A DNA stretch of 64,000 bases, from NCBI RefSeq assembly GCF_000142905.1, contig NW_013657631.1, forward strand, positions 124,001 to 188,000. Direction: 5' to 3'. Both the position numbers and the translations under genes were made by a program. The first letter of the stretch is position 1. Every line of letters starts with the position of its first letter. Source of the DNA: Thecamonas trahens ATCC 50062 (lineage: Eukaryota > Protista > Apusomonadida). Under the pieces are notes generated by a model, which was not told the DNA's origin, searched no databases, and worked only from the letters and a program-made list of their open reading frames with translations. This document shows positions 41,428-52,265 of the stretch, in pieces.

Positions 41428-44400
41428 CTACGAGAAAAAGTACTCCGACTCCAAGACAAGGTCAAGATCGAGGTCGCCGCGCGGGGGGAGGTCCTCAAAC
41501 TCGACATCAGGGTAGCGCTGGCGGAATTGGGCACGGAGATCCTCAAGCAGGGCGCGCTTGTGGAGCTGGACAAACTCACGGCGGAGGATGGCGGACATGT
41601 CGTCGATGCGAGCGGCGTGGGTCCAGTACGAGTCGTGGACCGAGGCAAAGGTGATGCCGGCGCGGCGCGAGGCAGTGGCGGTGAGCAGCATGTGCGTGGC
41701 GTCGATCGAGTGGATAAAGTTGGGCGGGAAGGAGGAGCGCTGCTTGGAGACGGCGACAGGCTGCTCGCGCGGATCGAGGAGGGAGACAGCCTGCAGGACG
41801 GTTTGCACCTGCTGCGCCTGCTCGCGGACGTAGGGCTGGACAACCGGGAGGCCGAGCGGAGTGGTCCAGCGGACAGGCTCGCCGGTCTTGGCCACGGCGT
41901 GCGCGGCGCTGGCGAGCCACGACATGGTTTGCGAGGCGTTGGCAAAGACTGAGCCGATCGAGTTGAGGACGGTGCGAGCGAGGTAGGACGAGGCGGCAAA
42001 GCGAGTCTCTTCCGGCAGAACGCCGAGCTGCTTCTCGATCTGGGCCCGAGCGCCGACAAATGTCACGCCGTACGTCGAGGTCATGACCGTCTGCTTGACA
42101 ACCTTGCGGGTGACGATGCCCTGGACGGCCTGAGCAATGTCGACGCCGGTGGCGGCATCGCGGTCGATGACCTCGAGCACCACCCGCAGGACGTCCGAGT
42201 ACACGTCGGCAGGCTCCGGCCCGGGGACAAGGTTGACCGAGCCACCGCCGACGGCATCGAGCGCGAGTGCAGCGTAGTGCTGCAGGCCATTGCACGAGCC
42301 GTCCTGGGCGACAGGCAGCCGCGAGCTGTAGTCGGCCGGCGAGCCCGAGTCGACGGCGGCGGCGATCTCAAAGCAGGTCGCCAGCGTCTGCCACGGGTTT
42401 TCGCCCTCGAGCCACCAACGGTCGTACTCGCCTTCACCGAGCGGATTAGCCGCCGACGCCCGGATCTTGTCCAGGTTCTCGTCGGCAAAGGCTGCACGCT
42501 CGATGTTGGACGCCTTGTCAAAGCCAAAGACGTTGGCGAGGTGAACCTTCATCCAGAACCAGCCGCGCTCGCCGAGCGGCATGGCCTCGGCAAACATGAG
42601 CATGCCACGCTTGAGGTCCGAGCCGAGGTGGTTGAGCGTGGGCGCGACCGGGTAGGCGCGCCCGCGGAAGTCAAGGTTGGTCGGTTGGAAGAGAGCGGTC
42701 TTGTCAGCAAGGTCGGCCGCCGTTCGCAGCGTGATGTCGAGGTCGGCTTTGAGCGAGGTCAGATCATTGCGTGCCTGCCGCGCCTTGGCCATGGCTCTCC
42801 GGTGGGCGGCGTGCTCCGAGGCCGGCGCGTCGGCCGGCGGCGGCGGCGGATCGTCGACCGGTGCCCGCGACGGGACGTACGGCAGCCCGCCGCCGGCGTC
42901 CCACGCAGCCTGGATGACCTCGAGCACCCTTGCGTTGACAACCCACGGCGTGGCCGAGAGCGCGTTGAGCCCATCGAGGACTTCAGACATGCCGACGCCA
43001 CGCAGGGCCTCCTGCTGGACGTACGACTTGGCGCGAAGGACCGAGGTGGGGAGCGAGAGGAAGCCGCCCGACGACGGCGACGTCCACGGCCGCGGCGGGA
43101 CAAGCATCGGCGAGAGCCGCGGTGCAGGCTGGACCTCGAGGTGGCCGGCTTCGACCAGGTCAAGCACGTACGAGTGGAGGGCGATCCAGCCGGTCTTGCG
43201 ACCGCCACGGCCGACGTCGATGCGGTGCTCAAAGGCGGCGGCATGGCCGCCGTCGGGCACCGCCACCGTGCACGTCGCCAGCGCAGTCTTGATCAGTGCC
43301 GCGCCGACGTGCAGCTTGCCCTCCTTGTGGAACGACGAGTCCGGGAGCAGCGAGCGGGCCGAGGCGTTGACGGCCGAAACCGAGGGCTTGGGCTTGAGCC
43401 GGACGAGAGCAGACCGGTCCTCGCGCCGAAGCCGAGCCAGGTTGACCTCGGCCTCGACCGCTTCGCCGACAGCCATGCACGCCTTGACAAACTTGACTTG
43501 CGTGGCCGAGGCGAGCGAGAGACCGACAAGCTCGTGGAGGGTAATGACCGCCAGCTTGTCGGCCTCGACGAGCGCAAGCAGATGGCCGTACTTTGCGCGC
43601 TCGGATGAGCCCTCGCGGGTCCGCACCAGCCGCTGCTCCTCGCCGATGGCCTCGGCGAGCGGACCAAACCACTTGAGCAGCAGCGACTGGCCGGGACCAA
43701 GCTCTGCACCGCGACCCAGCTCGGTCACCTTGGCCGCCTGCTCTTTGTACTTTGCCACGGCTGCATCGAGCGCGAGCGTCTCGCGCGTCAGCTGCTCCTC
43801 AAACAGCTCAGTGGTGACTGCTGTGCCATCGGCGAGACCAAACAGCTCGATCTCCATGCGGTACTCGGCCAGCTTGGCGTCGCGGATGGCTGGGTCGATC
43901 ATGAGCTCAGAGGGCTTTGACCCGACGGCCACCGCCGCCTTTCGCAGCAGAGCTGATGGCTGTGGAACGGACCTGCCTGTACGAGCCGCCACAGCAGCCA
44001 TACGAGCTTCAGCCTCTGAGCTCGCCGAGGCAAGATAGTCCATGTCGAGCACAGAGCGGGTTGCAGCACCACGAGCACCAGCCTCTCCGGGCTGACCCGT
44101 CTCTCCCCCCGATCCATCCAACTCGCCCGAGTTGAGCGATCGGTCGGCCTCGCCCAGGCCATTCGATGAATTTGGCTCTGAATGTGGGCGGGCATCAGCA
44201 TGAGTCGTCGTTGCCGTGTTGAGCGGAGTGGCACGGAAGAGTGGCGGGCGAGGCGATTGGCTTGCCGCGTCCGAGTCTGAAGCTGCGTCAGCGCCCAGCG
44301 CAGTGCTGGAGAACCGACAGAGTGAGGCAAGTGATTGACCTGGTACTATGCTACCTGCTCTCCATGCCATGCTTGCCAATACCCTTCCAATGCTCGGTAC

Positions 44401-44433
44401 ATGCCCCGACAGGCTCCTTCCTCCTCGGAGCAT
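41428..44433 (-). CDS. POLRMT: Mitochondrial single-subunit (T3/T7-like) DNA-directed RNA polymerase
   Basis: Motifs PMLVPPRPW, NLDFRGRAYP, QDGSCNGLQHYAAL, RKVVKQTVMTSTYGVT, PPNFIHSIDATHM, SVHDSYWTH and C-terminal YFFS. Arg/Ser-rich presequence. Confidence 0.97.
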   Translation of the reverse strand: MLRGGRSLSGHVPSIGRVLASMAWRAGSIVPGQSLASLCRFSSTALGADAASDSDAASQSPRPPLFRATPLNTATTTHADARPHSEPNSSNGLGEADRSLNSGELDGSGGETGQPGEAGARGAATRSVLDMDYLASASSEAEARMAAVAARTGRSVPQPSALLRKAAVAVGSKPSELMIDPAIRDAKLAEYRMEIELFGLADGTAVTTELFEEQLTRETLALDAAVAKYKEQAAKVTELGRGAELGPGQSLLLKWFGPLAEAIGEEQRLVRTREGSSERAKYGHLLALVEADKLAVITLHELVGLSLASATQVKFVKACMAVGEAVEAEVNLARLRREDRSALVRLKPKPSVSAVNASARSLLPDSSFHKEGKLHVGAALIKTALATCTVAVPDGGHAAAFEHRIDVGRGGRKTGWIALHSYVLDLVEAGHLEVQPAPRLSPMLVPPRPWTSPSSGGFLSLPTSVLRAKSYVQQEALRGVGMSEVLDGLNALSATPWVVNARVLEVIQAAWDAGGGLPYVPSRAPVDDPPPPPADAPASEHAAHRRAMAKARQARNDLTSLKADLDITLRTAADLADKTALFQPTNLDFRGRAYPVAPTLNHLGSDLKRGMLMFAEAMPLGERGWFWMKVHLANVFGFDKASNIERAAFADENLDKIRASAANPLGEGEYDRWWLEGENPWQTLATCFEIAAAVDSGSPADYSSRLPVAQDGSCNGLQHYAALALDAVGGGSVNLVPGPEPADVYSDVLRVVLEVIDRDAATGVDIAQAVQGIVTRKVVKQTVMTSTYGVTFVGARAQIEKQLGVLPEETRFAASSYLARTVLNSIGSVFANASQTMSWLASAAHAVAKTGEPVRWTTPLGLPVVQPYVREQAQQVQTVLQAVSLLDPREQPVAVSKQRSSFPPNFIHSIDATHMLLTATASRRAGITFASVHDSYWTHAARIDDMSAILRREFVQLHKRALLEDLRAQFRQRYPDVEFEDLPPRGDLDLDLVLESEYFFS

Positions 44434-44676
44434 CTGATGGAGGATGGTCGTCGTCGTTGGACTGGCCGAACAACCGCTGGCCAATTTGAGACGAGTGACC
44501 AAACCGATGCTTCAAAGGCTCGAATGTTGGCGGCAGGCAGCTGAGCAGCTCATGACGGTCAAGGCCAGCTGCTGGGCGGGCTGTGGCAAACCGATGGCGG
44601 CGAGTCGTCGACCAGCAACCTGTCTGCTTCTATGCTTTAACATGAATGCGGACCATTGGGTGAAATAATGAGTGGC

Positions 44677-47600
44677 CTACGCAGCGGCACGGATAAGGGC
44701 TCCAAAGGTATCGGCGTCGACGACGCCGGTCACGTCGAGTCCAGCCGACAACTGGACGCTGGCGACTGCGGCGACCATGCTGGTGTCAAACGATGTACCG
44801 CTGCCGAGGCCGAGGAGCGCCCGATATGCGGCGACGTGGGCACCGGACGCGCCACGGACAGCCGGCTGGAACAACAGCCGCCACGTCGCGTCCCGAACAA
44901 TGCCGTCGGCCGGGCTCAGGCCGGCGTCGGTCTGCAGCGCAAACACGGCGCCTTGCGTCCCGCTCCCGTACAGCCCGTCGACGGTGACCGGATGGCATCC
45001 AAATCCGAGGAGGTGCTGGACTGCCTCGGCCCGCGCTGACGCCGGTGCTCCGGGCGACCAAAGCTGCCCGCCGGCCGGGGTTGTAGGCAGCCGCTCGCCG
45101 GCCACCGTTGGCAGGTCTATCAAGCCGGTTGCACCTCCGGCGTTGGCCCACATTGAAAACGCCTGCAGTGAGAGCGAGAACTGCGCCGACGCCTCGGGCA
45201 TCCGCGCCGCACCCCACCACAGGCCCTCGGCCACAAAGTACGGGGCAAGATCCACCAGCCCTGTTTGCGTCAGCCCGTCGCCGACGGCATCAACCACGCC
45301 ATCGAGCGCGAGTTCGAGCGACGCGCCAAACGACGAGTCGGCGAGCGTCCCGGCCTCGACCGCGCAGCACGCCACTGAAGCCGACGGCACAGACACCGCC
45401 GCCGTCACAAACGGCATCTCCGCCGCAGCAGCTGCAAGCGCCCGTCGCGCGCCCATCACCAGCGGCCGGAGCCCGGTGACGCAGCTGGCCCCCACACGTG
45501 TGGTAAAGAGCGCCGCGGTGATGCTCGGATTTGTCACCGCGGCGCAGCCCGGCGCCGCAGCGGGCGCCGCACACGGCGCGCCTACAAAGGCCAGCGCGTT
45601 GAGCGCCGTGTTGGGAGTCTGGCCACGCTGGACATACCGCGCCAGTCGCGCCGGCGTCGCCACAAGCGTCGTCACTGGCGGAGGCGGCGAAGGTGGGGGC
45701 GGGCGCGGCGTCGGCGCGGGTGTCGGTCGCGGCGTCGGCGAAGGTGTCGGACCCGGGCTGGGACTCGGGGTTGGGCTTGGCACTGGCGTGCTCGCCGAGC
45801 TGCATCCGCCCAAGACCGCGTGCAGCGTGGCGATGTCGTTCAGCTCGCCACTGACGGTCAAACCCGCGCTGGACTGCACCGCGGCCACCGCGGCTTGCAT
45901 GGCAGCGTCATAGGTCGAAGAGTCTGAAAGCGAGTAGCCGGCAACAGCCAGGAGGAGACGGTAGGCCCGGACGTGGGGGCCGAGTCGCCGATAGTGGCCG
46001 ACACAAATAGCGCCCGCCAGGTTGCGGCCCGAGTGATGCCGTCGGTTTCTGGCAAGTTCAAATCAGCCTGGAAAGACGCCACCACCGCCGCGGTCCCGCT
46101 CCCATACAGCCCGTCAGGCGTGGTGGTGTGGCATCCGTGCGAGACCAGGAGTTGGACGGCCTTGGCCACCGTCGACGCCGGATTGCCCGACGTCCACAAC
46201 ACGCCGCCAGCAGGAGTGACCGGCCACGCGCACACGGCATCACTCCACCGCGATGTGGGAAGCGGATAGACGGCGCCAGAAGCAAGACGACCCTCGGCAG
46301 CCCAGGTGGCGTACGCCTGAGACGAGGCCTCAAACGCCGCACGCGCCGGCGACCAGAAAAGGCCCGCTGCGTGGGCGTGCGGGTAGAATGAGACCAGACC
46401 CGAGAGCGTCGTCGCGTCCGCCGGCGCGTCACTCGCGCCGTCGAGCGAAAAGCCAAAGGCGAGGCCAAAAGACGCAAGCGTGCCCGCAGAGCAGCAGCAC
46501 GCGTCCGCCGCAAGACCCATGGCATTGTACAGGCCACGGTCAGAAGTGCGGAGTGAGTCAAAGGCTGTGCGCAACGCGGTGAGTGCAGGCAGCGCGCCCG
46601 AAGCACAAAATGGGCCGACGTTGAGCGTGGCCATCACATCGTCGAGGCCTGCCGAGGCGCACGGCGACGGCCACCGCGACGCAGCTGTCGACGACGAGAG
46701 CCGCGTGAGCCCGTTCTGGTTGGCATCGGCCCATGACGGAATGGCGACCGGCTGAGAGTAGACGCCGGCAGGCGCCGGCGCAGGCGTTGGTGTCGGCGGC
46801 AGGGTGGGCGCAGGTGTAGGCGCCGGGCTTGGACGCGGCGTCGGCGCAGGCGTCGGCCACGGCGTTGGCGCAGGGACAGGGGTAGGCGCAGGCGTCGGCG
46901 CAGGCGTCGGCACCGAGCTGCCTCCTCCCGAGCACCCGGTGATGAGCGCCTGGAACGAGGGCAGGTCCATTTTGCCGGTCTGCGCCAGGCCGCGGGCGGC
47001 CTGGAACGACGTCACCGCATTGCGAGTTGCCGAGTCGTACGTGTTAGTCACTGCCAGCGTCGTGCCGGTCTGCGCATTTAGCGCATACTTGTAAGCGTAG
47101 ACCGCGTTGCTCGAGTCGCCGAGTTCGGCCGGCTGGAAGAGAACCCGCCAGGTCTCGGACCGGACCAGGCCATCAGTCGTCGCCAGCTTGAGATCCTCCT
47201 GCAGCGCCTGGACCTTGGCCTTGGTCCCAGATCCATACTTGCCGTCAGCAGTAGCGCGATGGCAGTTGTGGGTGAGGAGCGCTTGGACAACAACCGCCAG
47301 TGGCTGGGCCGGATCGCCAGTAGACCAGAGAGCGCCGTTTTCGGGAACCAACGGCCAGGCGCACGAGGCCTCGTTGAGTGGCGAGGCCGGAACGGGCCAG
47401 GGGGTGTCTGGGTTGAGGCTATCATCGGCCTGCCAGCCCGCGTACGTCTGGGCCGAGGTCTCAAAGTGCATGGCGTCTTCGTTCTTGGTCCTGGGAAAGC
47501 CGAAGCCCGCACCCCAGTAGAAACCCTCGTCATGGAGAAACGGATACAGGTCGATGAGGCCCTCCTGAACGAGGCCATCACCATAAGGATCGAGTTGAGC

Positions 47601-48204
47601 ATCGATACGAAAGTCGCATGCCGAGCCCCATGAGTGGTTGGAGAGATCAGTCTTGCCCGAGATGTACCGACAGCAGACGCACGATGCGGTCAGCTTGCCC
47701 CACAGCACGGCATCGTTCTTCTTCAACTCTGCCAAGCCGCGCTTGAGGGCCAACGCCGCTGGTTGAATGAGATCAGCACAAAACGGACCAACATTGACCT
47801 TGACCAGCAACTTGTTGAGCCCACTGTTGCTCACTCTCGTACACCAGTCTGGTCCGGGTGTGCACGGTGTGCCCAAGGCCAAAGTGGCCGTCGACGGCGG
47901 AAGGTACGTCAGCCCGTCCTACCTCCAGAATGGTGACTGCTGTGAGTGACCACCCCCCTCCCCTTCCCCTTCCCCTTCCCCTTCCCCTTCCCCTTCCCCT
48001 TCCCCTCCTCCTCCCCCTTGTGGCTCTTGCCCTTGCCCTTGCCCTTGCCCTTGCCCTTGCCCGTACCTGGTCCTTGTCCGCCCATGCAGGCCTTGCCACC
48101 AGACTGGTGTATGCACCATGGGCATGACTGGAGATACCGACCATGACCATGTAGACAACAACAAGTACCACACCCGTCAAGCAAATGGTCATGGCCTTCT
48201 TCAT
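44677..48204 (-). CDS. Secreted protein with three tandem modules of M15-type Zn peptidase plus peptidoglycan-binding (PG_binding_1-like) domains, with an apparent frameshift near 45980
   Basis: Signal-peptide exon 48204..48067, exon 2 from 47918. Module 1 has [10 protein letters not shown]...GFYWG...DAMHFE. Repeated [12 protein letters not shown]....DGLV..ETW motifs with Pro/Thr linkers. Confidence 0.85.
47953..48062. repeat. Intronic (CCCCTT)n and (CCCTTG)n microsatellites
   Basis: Directly visible inside intron 48066..47919. Confidence 0.9.
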
Positions 48205-49020
48205 CTCTGCTAACCGGAGAGAGAAGCGAATGCCTATCCCCCAAATACACTCCCGTTTGCGGCGGCGTGGCAGGAGCGGGGAAAGGCGGAGGAGTCATGA
48301 GCCACGGCACTTTGGCAGAGAGCAGCGAATGCTGTGACATTTTTCCCCAGAGGGGGATGGGCGGCTGTGTGGTGGATGATGAGGAGATGGTGATGATTTA
48401 CGGATGGATGGAGAGGTGGGGGTGAGGAGCAGTGGATAGTGGGGTGGGATGGGGGGGCGATGGAGAGAGAGAGGGTGAGAGAGGGTGGGAAAGGGAGTGT
48501 GGTGAGAAATGGGGATCTTTTTCGAGATCTGAAGATATGACAGGTGATGTTGCCTATGTCACGGGAATGCTTCTGCGTATAAAGGATCGTCATCGCTGAA
48601 GATGGAAATGCACTTGGGGTGTGTGGGTGTGCGAGAGAGTGAGAGTGTGTGTGTGAGAGTGTGTGTGAGAGTGTACTTGTGTCTTGCAACTCGCCTGATT
48701 CTGATCTACCCTCGATAATCAGAGCTTGTTCCATCGTCATGGCCCATCTCCTGGAAGGGTCGGACGGACACGGCCGCGACTGCTGGAGGTACATACCCCA
48801 ACCGCGATTCCTCCACTACTCGGCCGTCCTCCCATGCCAATCCTGATTCTCATCACCTCCCAATTTATGATGATCGCATGATGGGCAAGCCTCTTCTCCC
48901 TATGTATGATCCCGCCTTGGGCACAGGCCAGTTGGCCAGTCGGCCAGTCGGCCATCCAATTCCTTCCGAGTTTGCCATTCCTTCGGCAGCCGTTCCTCAC
49001 ACTTGTCGCACACTTTGCTG

Positions 49021-51846
49021 ATGTGGTCGTGCTCGACGTGCACATTGGACAACCCGCTGTCAAGCACGGCATGCGCAGTTTGTGAGACTCCCCGTCCTCC
49101 TTCCAAGCCGAGTCAAAGTTCCAGAAGATCTGCAGGCCAGCCGAGGTCGTCGGCGGGCGGCGGTGGCCAGAGCAGTCGGAGGCGGAGCGGTACATCGGCA
49201 TCGACATCGACATCGACATCGACGTCGACATCGACATCGACATCGACATCGGCATCGACATCGGCCTTGACTGTACATTGCCCGATGTGTACCTATGCCA
49301 ATCCGTTGGAGCGTGTGGGCGCTTCATGCGCTGTATGTGGCTTTGCTCCGCTTCCGCCGCTGGGGCGTGATGGCGGCTCGCGAAGCAATGGTAGCAGTGG
49401 CGGGTCTGGCGGTGCGCTGACAAGTGGTGTGCTCATTGCATACAAGACGAGCGGGCGGACGATGCGGATGAAGGTGGTCGCTGCGGGTGAGGGCGGGCCG
49501 GACATCGGGAGTGTCGAACTCCACTTTCCGCCGACGCTCAAGCCAGCACAGATCCTCCTCCGCTCGCCGCCGTTCAAGTACTCGCGCAAGCTCGAGGGAG
49601 AGGTCCATGTGACGGTGGTGATCACGCCTGCACGCGGCGAGGCCAGTGCCGGGCTGGCGCCAATCTCGACTACGCTGGTGTTGCAGCCGAGCGAACCGCC
49701 GGTCTCGCGCAAGATAGAGGTCGCGTGGGACACTGCTGCGCCGTCGGGCTACAACAGCGGGAGCAGCGCAAGCGCAGCGCACACCGCGCCGGTCGGCTGG
49801 GCGTGCCGCAGATGCACCTTTGTCAACTCTGTCGGCGCGGCAATGTGCGAGGCGTGCGGCGAAGTGAGGGTGAAGCGGCCGGACGGCGGCACGCCGGGCA
49901 CGCCGATCTCGCCGCTCGACACGCGGCGTGCCTTTCCATCAGAGAGCTCGCTGGCATCAGCAGAGTCGGCCATTTCGTTAGCGGATCTCGCGGATGGGTG
50001 GGTGCCGACGACGTCGGCCGAGGAGGTGCTGGCCGGCGACGTGGCTGAGGCCGAGTCGCGGCTGATGGCCATCCTTGAAGCTGGGCTTGCTCCGTTTGCC
50101 GACGCCGACTTTCCGCCGACAGACGTCTCACTCTACGGGGGCAACATGACCGAGGCGCTCAAGGCGGTTGATGGACGCGAGAAGATGTGGGCGCGGCCGC
50201 AGCACATCCGGCGGGCAGGGCGGCAGGGATGGCGACTGTTCGCATCGGGACTAGGCGCAGCGTCGTCGCAGGACATCGAGCAGGGCGCGCTGGGCGACTG
50301 CTGGTTCCTCTCTGCGCTGGCGCTTGTTGCTGAGCGGCCGGGCTTGCTCGAGCGCATTGTGCTCACGCCCGAGCTCAATTCCGAGGGCGTGTACTCGTTC
50401 CGGTTCTGCAAGGACGGCGAGTGGCGGGTGGTGACGGTCGACGACTGGCTGCCGGTCGATGCCAACTCGGGCCGGCTGGTGTACTCGCAGGCGGCGCGGA
50501 ACCAGCTCTGGGTCCCACTTGTAGAAAAGGCGTACGCCAAGCTCCACGGCAGCTACCGCGCGATTGCTGGCGGCGTCTCGACGGAAGCGCTACAGGATCT
50601 GACCGGCGCACCGACGCTCCGAGTCTCGCTGGAGACGACGTCGGCGTCGGCACCCGACGAGCTCTCTGCGGAAGATCCGGAGCTCCTGTGGGGTCAGCTG
50701 CTCTCGTGGCACGAGTCGGGCTACCTGGTGGCGCTCTCGTGCGGGCGGCACGGGCTGAGCAGCGAGGTGTATCAAAGTGTCGGACTCAACGACAACCATG
50801 CGTACTCGTTGCTCCAGCTGCGGTCTGTTGGCTCGCTGTGGCTGATGCAGATCCGCAACCCGTGGGGCGGGAGCGGGCGGGCGAGCGAGTGGCGCGGCGA
50901 CTGGAGCGACCACTCGGCGCTGTGGACAGCAGAGATGCGGCGCGAGCTCGAGGTGTACTCGGAGGCGTCGGAGGACGGCATCTTCTGGATGTCGTTTGAT
51001 GACTTTCTGCGGTACTTTGGCGCGGTCTCGGTCTGCATGCTCAACAGCGCGTGGCACGAGTATCGAGTCCCGCTCGCCACCAATGAGCTGGTGGCCGCTC
51101 CGTGGACGGCGTCAGCCTTTGAAGTGACAGTTGCGGCGCCGACCTGGGTGGCGTTGGAGATCCTGCAAGCGTCGGACCGCCAATTTGATGAGGCGACGGC
51201 GTACGCATACATTGCCATCGGCGTGCTGGTGGCCAAGCGGCGCGGGCCCGGGCTGTATACCGTGGTAGGGAGCGTGTCGCCGCTGGCGCGGCGGTCGCGA
51301 ACCATGGACGTCCTGCTCGACGATCCCAGCGCCGAGTACGTGGTCCTCCCGATGGCGCCCGATCTGAGCGGGCGGACCAAACTGACGCTCGCTCTCTCGT
51401 CGGCGCACCCGGTTGTCATCCGTGAGGCCGAGACCAACGCCAACGTGGCGCGGCGGGTGGTGGCCGACCTCGTCGCCCGCCGCGGCTCGCCGGCCGACTA
51501 CGGCGAGGGCATGACGCTGTGGACGTACGTCTTTGGCGCCATGTTTTTTATTCTCGTCATCAACGGCACCCGCGGCAAGTCGATCGACATTGCTGTCGAC
51601 GCCTCGGCCTCGACCAACATGCTCTCGCTCCGGGCTGGCTCGATGAACAGCTCGGACACGCTCGGCCCGCAGACTCGCATGATTGTCATGGCTGGCACCA
51701 CCATCGAGGCGTACACCTCGTGGGCCGCCGCGTACGCCACCCGCTACACCACTCGGCGACTGCGGGGATTGGCAGCCGCAGCCACCCGCCACGAGCCGTC
51801 CGAGAGCCACGATGGGCTCTTTGCCGAGATCCATGACGTCGAGTAA
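49021..51846 (+). CDS. CAPN15: Calpain-15/SOL (small optic lobes)-type calpain
   Basis: Three RanBP2-type zinc fingers (WSCSTCTLDN..CAVC, CPMCTYAN..CAVC, WACRRCTFVN..CEAC). Intact triad QGALGDCWFLS, NHAYS and RNPWG, followed by a SOL-like C-terminal region. Confidence 0.9.
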   Translation: MWSCSTCTLDNPLSSTACAVCETPRPPSKPSQSSRRSAGQPRSSAGGGGQSSRRRSGTSASTSTSTSTSTSTSTSTSASTSALTVHCPMCTYANPLERVGASCAVCGFAPLPPLGRDGGSRSNGSSGGSGGALTSGVLIAYKTSGRTMRMKVVAAGEGGPDIGSVELHFPPTLKPAQILLRSPPFKYSRKLEGEVHVTVVITPARGEASAGLAPISTTLVLQPSEPPVSRKIEVAWDTAAPSGYNSGSSASAAHTAPVGWACRRCTFVNSVGAAMCEACGEVRVKRPDGGTPGTPISPLDTRRAFPSESSLASAESAISLADLADGWVPTTSAEEVLAGDVAEAESRLMAILEAGLAPFADADFPPTDVSLYGGNMTEALKAVDGREKMWARPQHIRRAGRQGWRLFASGLGAASSQDIEQGALGDCWFLSALALVAERPGLLERIVLTPELNSEGVYSFRFCKDGEWRVVTVDDWLPVDANSGRLVYSQAARNQLWVPLVEKAYAKLHGSYRAIAGGVSTEALQDLTGAPTLRVSLETTSASAPDELSAEDPELLWGQLLSWHESGYLVALSCGRHGLSSEVYQSVGLNDNHAYSLLQLRSVGSLWLMQIRNPWGGSGRASEWRGDWSDHSALWTAEMRRELEVYSEASEDGIFWMSFDDFLRYFGAVSVCMLNSAWHEYRVPLATNELVAAPWTASAFEVTVAAPTWVALEILQASDRQFDEATAYAYIAIGVLVAKRRGPGLYTVVGSVSPLARRSRTMDVLLDDPSAEYVVLPMAPDLSGRTKLTLALSSAHPVVIREAETNANVARRVVADLVARRGSPADYGEGMTLWTYVFGAMFFILVINGTRGKSIDIAVDASASTNMLSLRAGSMNSSDTLGPQTRMIVMAGTTIEAYTSWAAAYATRYTTRRLRGLAAAATRHEPSESHDGLFAEIHDVE

Positions 51847-52265
51847 TGATGTCAAGCCGAGACGACTAGGGAGAGAGAACAAGACAAGACGAGAAGCTAC
51901 CACTCACTGCTGCTGGTCTTGATGTTGTTAATCAGTCGATGGGACGAGACCCCCCCATCATTGCTACGATTCCACCCCCGTGTCTCCCATTCCGTGCCTG
52001 TAGCCACACCGCTAGCCAGCGTAGCGTGCCACCAGCAAACAACAACTTTTGAGCCTAAAATTCATCGTTTGCCCAAAGTCGAATAAAATGGCAGCAGCGA
52101 ACACAGCAGCGGTTGTGTGTGTGAGAGAGTGTGTGAGAGGGAGAGAGCTGGCCGACCGACGACGACGAGGATGACGACCAGGCGCCCGACCACCCCACCG
52201 TTCCGTGCGACCAAGGAGGCGGGCAAGGCAAGGCCAAAGGGGGGAGGGGGAAAGAAGCTATTGAG

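Noticed and set aside
41428-44433. Prophage or viral RNA polymerase
   Set aside because: The N-terminal presequence, YFFS ending and eukaryotic neighbours indicate the ordinary nuclear-encoded mitochondrial enzyme.
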